A stretch of DNA of 19,952 nt from Amoeboradix gromovi X-113 (Eukaryota > Fungi > Sanchytriomycota), in NCBI GenBank assembly GCA_018985225.1, contig JADGIF010000102.1:1-19952 (forward strand), written 5' to 3'. Positions 8,981 to 17,300 of this stretch are shown piece by piece. Made by a program: the position numbers and the translations under genes. Under the pieces are notes generated by a model, which saw nothing but the letters and a program-made list of their open reading frames with translations, did not search any database and had not been told where the DNA came from. Numbering within the stretch: the first letter of the stretch is position 1; each line of letters opens with the position of its first letter.

Positions 8981-10169
8981 ATGACTTGGTATATCGTCGA
9001 AGCCAGTCGAACAGCTTTCGGTACATTTGGCGGATCTTTAAAGCATCTCTCAGCTACTGATCTAGCCGTTAGTTCCTGCTCTAAGAAGATTAAAGATTAC
9101 TCCAAGTATATTGATAGTTGCATTTATGGAAATGTTCAACAGACAAGTGCAGATGCGCCCTATTTATCAAGACATTTGGCGTTAAGAGTTACAAACAACA
9201 TTGAAGTACCGGCGGTCACAGTAAACCGCCTTTGTGGATCTGGAATTCAGTCCGTAATTCAAGCTTGTCATGAGATTTCTGCAAAAGAATCTCACTTGGT
9301 GTTGGCGGGCGGTACAGAGTCTATGTCCCAAGCTCCATTTTCTGTACGCGGAATTCGTTTTGGCACACAGTTAGGCCAGAATCATGTTTACGAAGATACG
9401 TTATGGACCGCACTGACTGATTCTTATTCTAAAACTCCAATGGCAATTACTGCAGAGAATTTAGCTGAGAAGTACGACATCACTAGAGAAGCTTGCGATG
9501 AGTATTCCTTGTGTTCTCAGCAGAGATGGAAATCAGCCAACGATCGTGGTATATTTAAAAAAGAAATTGTGCCAATCACCATCAAATCAAGAAAAGGTGA
9601 TATCGAGTTTGCACAAGATGAGCACCCAAGACCGTCTACTTCTTTAGAAACGCTTTCTAAGTTAAAACCGGTATTTAAAAAGAATGGGGTAGTGACTGCT
9701 GCAGGAAGTAGTGGCATAGGAGATGGTATAAGTTTCTAACATAGGAGCAGCGTCTGTGCTAGTTGCATCAGAGAAAATGGTTCAAGAACTTGGATTAAAA
9801 CCATTGGCAAAAATTGTGAGTTGGAGCACTGTAGGAGTTGAACCTAAATTAATGGGATTTGGGCCTGCTAAAGCTATTCCAGTTGCGCTAGAACGAGCAA
9901 ATCTTAAACTGGATCAGATTGATTTAATTGAAGTAAATGAAGCCTTTGCAAGTCAATACTTGACAATTGAAAAGGTACTGAAACTTGATCGAGCTAAGAC
10001 AAATACGTGCGGTGGAGCAATTGCTCTGGCTCATCCGTTAGGTGCGTCTGGCGGTAGAATTATTGGCTTTCTTAGTCATCAAATTGCAGCCGGAAATGCT
10101 AAATTTGGACTAGCCAGTGCTTGTATTGGAGGTGGACAAGGTATCGCAATAGTACTCTCTTCTGTGTAG
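8981..10169 (+). CDS. 3-ketoacyl-CoA thiolase (ACAA2-like); 2 exons (8981-9725, 9745-10169), 389 aa
   Basis: Motifs TVNRLCGSG, GGTESMS, DEHPRP, spliced SGIGDGAASVLVAS, NEAFA, GGAIALAHPLGASG, SACIGGGQG. Confidence 0.95.
9726..9744 (+). other. 19-nt spliceosomal intron GTATAAGTTTCTAACATAG
   Basis: GT-AG with CTAAC branch motif; removal restores the conserved thiolase DGAA motif in frame. Confidence 0.93.
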
Positions 10170-10242
10170 TAAAAATGCTTTCTTTGCCTAATTTTTGTTT
10201 CTTCGGATCACACCAGCATGACCTTGACCTAATACGCGCATC

Positions 10243-10740
10243 ATGATCTTTATGAAACCAATTAGTTTAGTAATTCTAGCGCTGGTTAGAAGCCAAGATG
10301 TTGATAGTTATAATTTGGAAGAAAATAATTTTACCGAATCATATAGAGATCCTACAGTACCTATGTCCGTGAATTTACAATATAACAGCTGCAAAAATTT
10401 GTTGGTTTTTATATATCCAATAATTTATAGCACTCTGGTTTGAGAATAATAGTAAATTACATTAACTCGTCAACTTTTTGGACTTGCGAATTCAGCCGCA
10501 GTTGCAACTCTTTAAGGATTCAGTAACAACAGATATGTAACTGATGTTCCTCGAAAAAAGTGATGAATTCCTAGAAAGGCAAGAAGTTCCACAGAGAAAC
10601 AGGCAATTCTAGTTGCTGCGTTGCAGTGGTTCCTCACACATCCAGAATCCTGGCGCAGGGTTGAATATGGATGCATATACTTGATGTATATATTTATTGT
10701 TGAATCACATAGTCATATTGTTGCAAATAATGTCTAGTCT
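10243..10740 (+). pseudogene. Decayed family A ORF fragment (paralog of 272-830 and ~3800-3970)
   Basis: Reads LMFLEKSDEF/KFHRETGNSSCCVAV/HPESWRRVEYGCIYLMYIF with frameshifts; 10669-10694 matches 463-488. Left boundary uncertain. Confidence 0.55.
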
Positions 10741-10844
10741 TTATACTTGGTTTCTGAGCTGTCGCAGAGTGTGATCTTTAAATCTAATTTTATCGTTGGC
10801 ATTTTTCCGTAAGAATATTAGTGTTTTACGTTATAGAGGCGGAT

Positions 10845-11295
10845 GGGACACCAAATATAAAAACTAGACTAACTGGTTTTAAAGGTGCACCATACGGAGG
10901 ATATGCTATCATTAATAAAAGATCTTCTATTATACCAATTTTCTTTCATTACTTTCAATCCCCTCTTCAAAATAAAACTAGAAGACCCTGCATCTCGTTC
11001 AAATATATGAGGTCTTTGAGCATCTAAGCAAAAGGTGCATTTTCTTAGACGATACTCTTTATCTGTTCCATTTTCTTTTTCTTCTTACTACCTTTCGTAT
11101 AACTTATTTTTTGTATTCTTTTCTTCTTATTAGTCATTGTTTCTAAGATTTTGATGGATGAAAAGCTTTGATACTAAAATAATTTACTTGAACCAGTCAG
11201 ATTAGTTTAATTTAATTTACTATCGGTTAATACACACTTGAAATAACGATTCAAACTATTTCAGAAAGTTAGTCTAGTTTTATATTTGATGTCCC
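10845..11295 (-). mobile_element. 451-bp non-autonomous TIR element, internally deleted, derived from a Fanzor-like transposon (family A)
   Basis: TIRs at 10845-10874 and 11267-11295 (1 mismatch, 1 indel). ATG 11137 gives MTNKKKRIQKISYTKGSKKKKK, joined out of frame to KEYRLRKCTFCLDAQRPHIFERDAGSSSFILKRGL...* (stop inside the TIR). Flanks are GAT/AAT. Confidence 0.85.
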
Positions 11296-11324
11296 AATTG
11301 TTTATTTTTGGAAACCTCCACTTG

Positions 11325-12341
11325 ATGGTCTACGGAAAAGTGCTTATCGCAGGCGGTTATTTAATCCTTGATCCTGCCTATTCCGGTATAGTCCTAAGAG
11401 CTAATGCCCAAATAATTTGTGAAATAAAATCATCAGACCAAATCAAAATTGTTACAGAATTTGGCAATTATCCAGAAAGAGAAAACTTGTTCATCTCTGC
11501 ATGCTTATTTGTTTCTCAGATATATTTTGATAGCAATGATATCAAATGCCTTAACTTTGAAATCAATGTGGTTGCAGATCCTGTTTTCTATTTAAATGGC
11601 AAAATTGGAATTGGAAGTTCTTCCGCCTTTTGCACTAGTCTAATTCATGCAATATTGAAGTTCCACAATATTTCAGATGATGCTACTCTCTTCAAAATTG
11701 CTTCATTATCTCATTTTATGGCTCAAGGTAAAATTGGAAGCGGATTTGATATATGTGCTGCTGTTTTCGGTTCCTGTATATATAGGAAGCCGCTTGTCTT
11801 AGATAAACTTGTCGCCATAGATACCTGCAGTGTCAAAGATGCTTTGTCTGCTACTTGGGATATTGATATTACAACTATCACATGGCCTTCAGAATGGTTT
11901 GTTAAAATGTTTGCTTTCTCAAAAGGGCAACCCACAATAGTAAATGCCGGCAACTACTTAGAGTGGAGATCGTCTCAGAAGGGATGTATATCTGAACTTG
12001 ATGCCATCGAATTCACTACAAAACAGATTTCGACATCTATTGACCTCAAGGACCATGTAATGCTGAAATCAGCATTTGTTAATTTGGTCGATCAGTACCA
12101 TCAATTAGGCATCGACTGTAACATAGATATCATACCTCGGCAATGTCGGCTATTTTTCGAGAACGCATTTAAGCTGGACACTTGTATTGGTGGTATGTGT
12201 CCAGGCGCAGGAGGAAACGATGCAATTTTTGCTATAACCACTTGCGAAAATGACGACAAGTTGATTAAAATGGCTAAAGACTACGGATTTGACTTAATAA
12301 ATGTTAGTGTTTATTATTTAGGCGCTTTATCAACCGGTTGA
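11325..12341 (+). CDS. ERG8: Phosphomevalonate kinase (ERG8-type GHMP kinase)
   Basis: Motifs GKVLIAGGYLIL, KIGIGSSSA, AQGKIGSGFD, PGAGGNDAIF; alternative in-frame ATG at 11289. Confidence 0.93.
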   Translation: MVYGKVLIAGGYLILDPAYSGIVLRANAQIICEIKSSDQIKIVTEFGNYPERENLFISACLFVSQIYFDSNDIKCLNFEINVVADPVFYLNGKIGIGSSSAFCTSLIHAILKFHNISDDATLFKIASLSHFMAQGKIGSGFDICAAVFGSCIYRKPLVLDKLVAIDTCSVKDALSATWDIDITTITWPSEWFVKMFAFSKGQPTIVNAGNYLEWRSSQKGCISELDAIEFTTKQISTSIDLKDHVMLKSAFVNLVDQYHQLGIDCNIDIIPRQCRLFFENAFKLDTCIGGMCPGAGGNDAIFAITTCENDDKLIKMAKDYGFDLINVSVYYLGALSTG

Positions 12342-13000
12342 AAGAAAGAGTCCATTGTCTTTTGATTGGAATTCGGTGCAGCTTTCTTAGTTATCAGTTC
12401 TGGTCCATCATTTTTAATGCTTCCGACTTCTTTTCTTACAGCATATATTTTCAGTTCATTTTCTGACGGATGTACTAAGTCTTTAACATCTTCCCATTTA
12501 CCATTCAGCCATCTGTGAACGTCTTGTTCGCTGATAATAAGAGGCATCCTATGGTGGAATTTTCTGATTTGAGAATTCGCGCTAGTTGTAATGATAGTAA
12601 ATGTGAAAATCTCTTGTTCACCTTCTTTCATTTTATGGCAAAGGCCTGCCAAGTAAATAATTTTTGAATCATCTTTTGAAGTGAAGTAGTTGGGCTCCCT
12701 TTTAGTCCATTCATAAAACCCATTAATGGGAACACAACATCTTTTTTTTAGCATACCTTTATAGAGTTTGGAGCTTTCCAGCTTATCGTCTCTGGCGTTA
12801 AACGTTGAGTATTGTTTAAGAACCCCCCATCGATAGATATCCAGCTGAAGAATATGATCTTTTTCAAGCAAAACTGGCATTAATCTCATTGGCGGGTTGT
12901 TATATGAAGGCCGATATGATTCAATGTTATTAAATTGCTTTGCCCCCGTAATATTTTGTAATTCCTCTGGATTTAAGAAGAGAGCAGTTCTACCACACAT
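12314..13000 (-). CDS. HMCES: SRAP/HMCES abasic-site processing protein
   Basis: N-terminal MCGR, FNAR, RCCVPINGFYEW, HHRMPLI. Confidence 0.95.
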   Translation of the reverse strand: MCGRTALFLNPEELQNITGAKQFNNIESYRPSYNNPPMRLMPVLLEKDHILQLDIYRWGVLKQYSTFNARDDKLESSKLYKGMLKKRCCVPINGFYEWTKREPNYFTSKDDSKIIYLAGLCHKMKEGEQEIFTFTIITTSANSQIRKFHHRMPLIISEQDVHRWLNGKWEDVKDLVHPSENELKIYAVRKEVGSIKNDGPELITKKAAPNSNQKTMDSFFQPVDKAPK

Positions 13001-13287
13001 AAAGACGTTTTAAAATTTAGAGACGTACAATTCTTGATGCTCGCATGCAATGCGCAGCACTAGTTTAATCAATTCATGGCTCGGAGACATACCAGATTTT
13101 GTAACGAGTAATTTTTTTAGTTTTCTATTTGTCTTACCTCAAGGGAAGTTGAAATACAAAAAAGTCTAAGGTCGGCACTATTCTGAAAGAACGCCTCAAG
13201 AGACAGAGATGTCCCAGAGCTAATCAACTTCTCCTTGGGCGATGATCGCCTGTGTTAAATGTGAAGAATTCAAAAATCATGAAGATT

Positions 13288-13610
13288 TCAAACCCCACAC
13301 TTCTCAAGTGTAGACAACTTGGGGAGATACCATTTGAGCATGTTCTTGCCTACATTATTTTGAAGTACCTGGATTGATGTCTCTATGGTCTTGGTGACCG
13401 CATTGCTGACAATTGACGCAACGATTGCAGCTAGTACAAGTGTTGGACACATCATATTGTTTTTGAATGGTCGCAACTCTAATGAACTTTGAGTTCTTTT
13501 CATTTCGCATATTCTGATGCGATAAAATTGCTCCAAGTCGTAGATCTGCAAAGTGTTGATTGGTGACAAAATACCATTACCAATAAAAAGAAGTCCTATG
13601 ATATTGAGAG
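13288..13610 (-). pseudogene. TnpB/Fanzor-like relic (family B) with a 19-nt intron
   Basis: Reads LLFIGNG.../IQKQYDVSNTCTSCNRCVNCQQCGHQDHRDINP^GKNMLKWYLPKLSTLEKCGV*, i.e. a RuvC-II-like strand, SxxCxxC, CxxCG and RDxN..KNM. Confidence 0.85.
13350..13368 (-). other. 19-nt spliceosomal intron GTACTTCAAAATAATGTAG within the Fanzor relic
   Basis: Same length and consensus as the two host introns; removal restores RDINPGKNM; the paralog lacks exactly 19 nt at ~4806. Confidence 0.85.
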
Positions 13611-13875
13611 TTTATATTTTGTCTTTTTCACTTTCACGCCAACGGTAGTTTGGAATCCCTGCTTTACGTTCTAAAATCAGTAATAAACTAAATCTCTATT
13701 TTTTACCAAGTGTTAATGCTTTTAAACTCTTCTGAGAACTAATTTGGCCTTTCTGCTGCTTAGAACCTCGGAATTGGTATTGTAAAACGCTTTTTCCACC
13801 CTATCCTACAAAAGTACATCACGTACCACTACTTACTTTCCCAAATACCGCTTTTGTGAGCTGCGTCCAGTTTTT

Positions 13876-14049
13876 CTAAGTTTCTGGTGTTGATGATGCC
13901 AAGAGCGGGTGCAATTGTGATATATATTTCAAGTACATTTTTACTGCTGCCCTATGTAATACATCTGCTTTTACGTTACAGCTTGTGCAAGTAAATCTCT
14001 CCAATTTGGTTTTCTTCCGAGTACTAGTCATTGTGCACGCTTAACTAGG
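13876..14049 (-). pseudogene. Further TnpB/Fanzor-like C-terminal relic with degenerate RuvC-III
   Basis: Reads S*ACTMT...ERFTCTSCNVKADVLHRAAVKMYLKY; same spacing as CxxCGxxxHRDxNAAxNM. Confidence 0.55.
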
Positions 14050-14341
14050 AAATACTAATTACATTCCACCAATTTCTCATCATTGTAAACTATGTAAAGC
14101 CACTTTCCTGGAAACGAGAGGCCTCAAATTATCTCTGTAAACAGCATTGTGTATCTCTTAATAATCTCTTGAGATTACGCATATTATTTCTGGGACAATT
14201 TGTAACCATTGCCATTAAGAAAATTATTACCGCGATTTTCATTTAACTGGAAAATTAGATTAAGAAAGATCACTGGAATAACAATAGTTGTCTTATTAAG
14301 AAAATGATTTGTTCAATTAGAATGAAGACCTGTCATCATCC

Positions 14342-14377
14342 GCTTTTACCCCAGTCTACTTTTCATTGAGCATGTCC
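14342..14377 (-). repeat. Family C relic fragment overlapping the RPC1 start codon
   Basis: 30/37 aligned columns identical to 2134-2170; antisense reads TCSMKSRLG. Confidence 0.65.
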
Positions 14378-17300
14378 CATATTTCTGGAATCGTAAAGCC
14401 CAAATCTTATCCATTGCTCCGAGACAATACGCCTAGGACTGTTGACAAGGTTGAGTTTGGCATCTTCAGTAAATCTGATATTGATCGTATTTCTCATATT
14501 GAGGTATTAAGTAGTGATTTGTATAACTATACAACCACCAAAGAAGCGGTTCCATATGGTCCTCTAGATAGGAGGCTAGGTTGCGCTGAAAAGAATGCAC
14601 TATGCGAGACCTGTAATAAGAAGATGGAGGAATGTGTAGGTCATTTTGGAGTTATAAAATTATCTTTACCTATATTTCATTATGGGTTTTTTAAAGGCAC
14701 TCTAGCTATTTTGCAGTGTATCTGCAAGGGCTGCAGTAGAGTCATGATAGATGAACAGTCCAAAAAACGCTATTTGAGGCGATACAGAACAGTGGACTTA
14801 GAAATGACAACGAAAATGAAGATATTTAAAGATATTCAGTCCAAATGCAAGAAAGTAAGTATTTGCATGTACTGCAATTACGTTAATGGTACGGTTAAAA
14901 AGATTGGAGCTATGAAAATTGTCCATGTCAAATTTTCTAAGGTCCCAAATAGCGATACCTCTATGGATGAATACATTGGAGAAATGAGCAGTGTCTTACA
15001 TGTTAACGAGTCTCTTAAGTCTTACATCACTAAGTGCGAGGAAGATGTCAACCCACTATTAACTTATCGCCTATTTGAAAAGATGAGCGATGATGACACT
15101 GAATTAATGGGTCTTAATCCAAAAGTATCCAGACCAGAAAACTTGGTTTTAACGTTTTTTCCTGTTCCACCTAATCAGACTAGACCTTCAGTGGCACAAG
15201 ATGATAAAACTAGCAACGAAGATGACCTGACCATAAAGTTAAAAGAAATGATCATGATTAACTCTGTCATTCGTGTAGCTATTATAGAAGGACAACCCAT
15301 TAACAAGATTATGGACCAGTGGGATACTTTGCAGACTGCTGCCGCCCTGTTTATTAATGCAGAACTGCCTGGTTTTAACGCTGCTAACTCTTCGCTAAGA
15401 AAGCCTGCTCGTGGTATTGTTCAACGACTCAAGGGTAAACAAGGTAGATTTAGAAACAATTTGTGCGGGAAAAGAGTTGATTTTAGCGGCAGGACTGTCA
15501 TTAGTCCTGATCCAAACATGAGAATAGATCAACTAGCTGTTCCTAAGCTAATAGCTATGAATCTAACGTTTCCTGAACGAGTGGATAACCAAAATATTAA
15601 CAAGCTAAGAAAGCTAATTAGGAATGGTCCTAACCATCATCCCGGTGCTTCTTATGTAACTAGTGGCAAATTAAAGATTTCCTTGAAATACGGTGATCGC
15701 CAGAAGGCTGCTGATGGATTAAAGATTAATGATATTGTAGAGAGACACCTAATGGATGACGATGTTGCTTTGTTCAATAGGCAGCCTTCTCTACATAGAG
15801 TTTCTATGATGGCTCATAAAATTGTGGTTTTACCGTGGAGAACTTTACGATTTAATGAATGTGTCTGCTCTCCTTATAATGCTGATTTTGATGGTGATGA
15901 AATGAATATACATGTACCACAAACATTAGAAGCCAAAGCAGAAGCGCTGTTGTTGATGGGTGTACAACATAACTTGTGTACACCGAAAAATGGAGAAAAC
16001 TTGATAGCAGCTACCCAAGACTTTATCACTTGCTCTTATTTATTAAGTCAAAAGGATGTGTTTTTTAGCAAACCTGAAATATCTCAAATATGCGGATATA
16101 TGGATTGCAATTTAATACAAATTGATTTACCAAAACCAGCTATAATAAAGCCAGTTAGGTTATGGACAGGCAAACAGATATTCTCAATTCTTTTAAGACC
16201 CAGTCATTCATCGAATGTGCTAGTCAACTTAGAATGTAAAACCAAGTCTTACACAAAGTGCAACCCCAAAGAACTATGCCCACAGGATGGGTGGCTTATT
16301 ATATATAATTCTACAGTTGTCTGTGGTGTTTTTGATAAGAATGTGGTTGGAGATGGAAATAAGGATTCTATATTTTATGTTATTTTGAGAGATTTTGGAG
16401 CTAACCAAGCAGCCGAATGTATGAACAGATTAAGCAAATTATCAGCTAGATATATGGGAGAAAGAGGATTTAGTATAGGAATCAATGATGTTTGGGCTGA
16501 TGTGGCTTTACAACAGCAAAAACACGATCTGGTTGAACAGGGATATTCAAAGTGTAGGTTGAAAATTGAGGAGTACAAAGACAACAAGTTAGATACACAG
16601 GCAGGTTGCTCAGAGGAAGAAACCTTAGAAAATGTGTTGAGTGGTATACTCTCCAACATTAGAGAAGAAGCAGGTCAATTATGTCTAAACGAGCTCAACC
16701 GATACAATTCACCAATTATTATGAGTAGATGCGGCTCAAAGGGATCCAAGTTAAATGTAGCACAAATGGTGAGCTGCGTAGGACAGCAGATTGTTAACGG
16801 AAAGAGAATTCCCGATAGTTTTGATTCAAGACCCTTGCCGCATTTCCCTCGTAACGATAAGTCACCACCATCCAAAGGATTTGTTCGTAACAGTTTCTTC
16901 AGCGGTTTATCACCTAGTGAGTTTATATTTCATGCCGCAAGTGGTAGAGAAGGATTAGTTGACACAGCAGTTAAAACTGCTACTACAGGATATTTGGCTA
17001 GAAGGCTAATGAAAACTATGGAAGATTTGTGCGTGGGATACGATTATACTGTCCGGACTCCGATTGGTAATATAATACAGTTTCAATATGGTGATGACAA
17101 AATGGATCCACTCTCAATGGAGGGAGATGGCAAGCCGGTAGAATTTCATCGCAATTTGCTAAACGTGCTTCACGACCCCAATCTTAAGTCCAATCCGTTG
17201 TCAAGTAATCAAATATATCAGTTAGCAGTCCAAGAGACATCGAGTGCTTATTGGGCGAAGAATTGCGATATGATGTTTATTACCGATTTGCTCGGTTTCA

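Noticed and set aside
10243-10443. 66-aa ORF with a signal-peptide-like start
   Set aside because: Runs into a frameshifted repeat-derived region; no 19-nt intron rescues it
10821-11027. Plus-strand 68-aa ORF
   Set aside because: Antisense shadow of the Fanzor C-terminal frame
42-11295. Four ~30-nt repeats as a CRISPR-like array
   Set aside because: They are kilobases apart and in both orientations; better explained as TIRs
12303-12321. 19-nt GT..AG (GTTAGTGTTTATTATTTAG) near the ERG8 end
   Set aside because: Lacks GTA and TAAY; the unspliced end already resembles ERG8 C-termini
13208-13216. GATGTCCCA resembling the TIR tip
   Set aside because: 9-mer only; no adjacent TIR sequence
13288-13569. 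93-aa minus-strand ORF as a real gene
   Set aside because: Mosaic of frames from the Fanzor relic; the zinc-finger motifs lie in another frame
13688-13706. 19-nt GTAAAAAATAGAGATTTAG on the minus strand
   Set aside because: Lacks TAAY and does not restore a recognisable ORF
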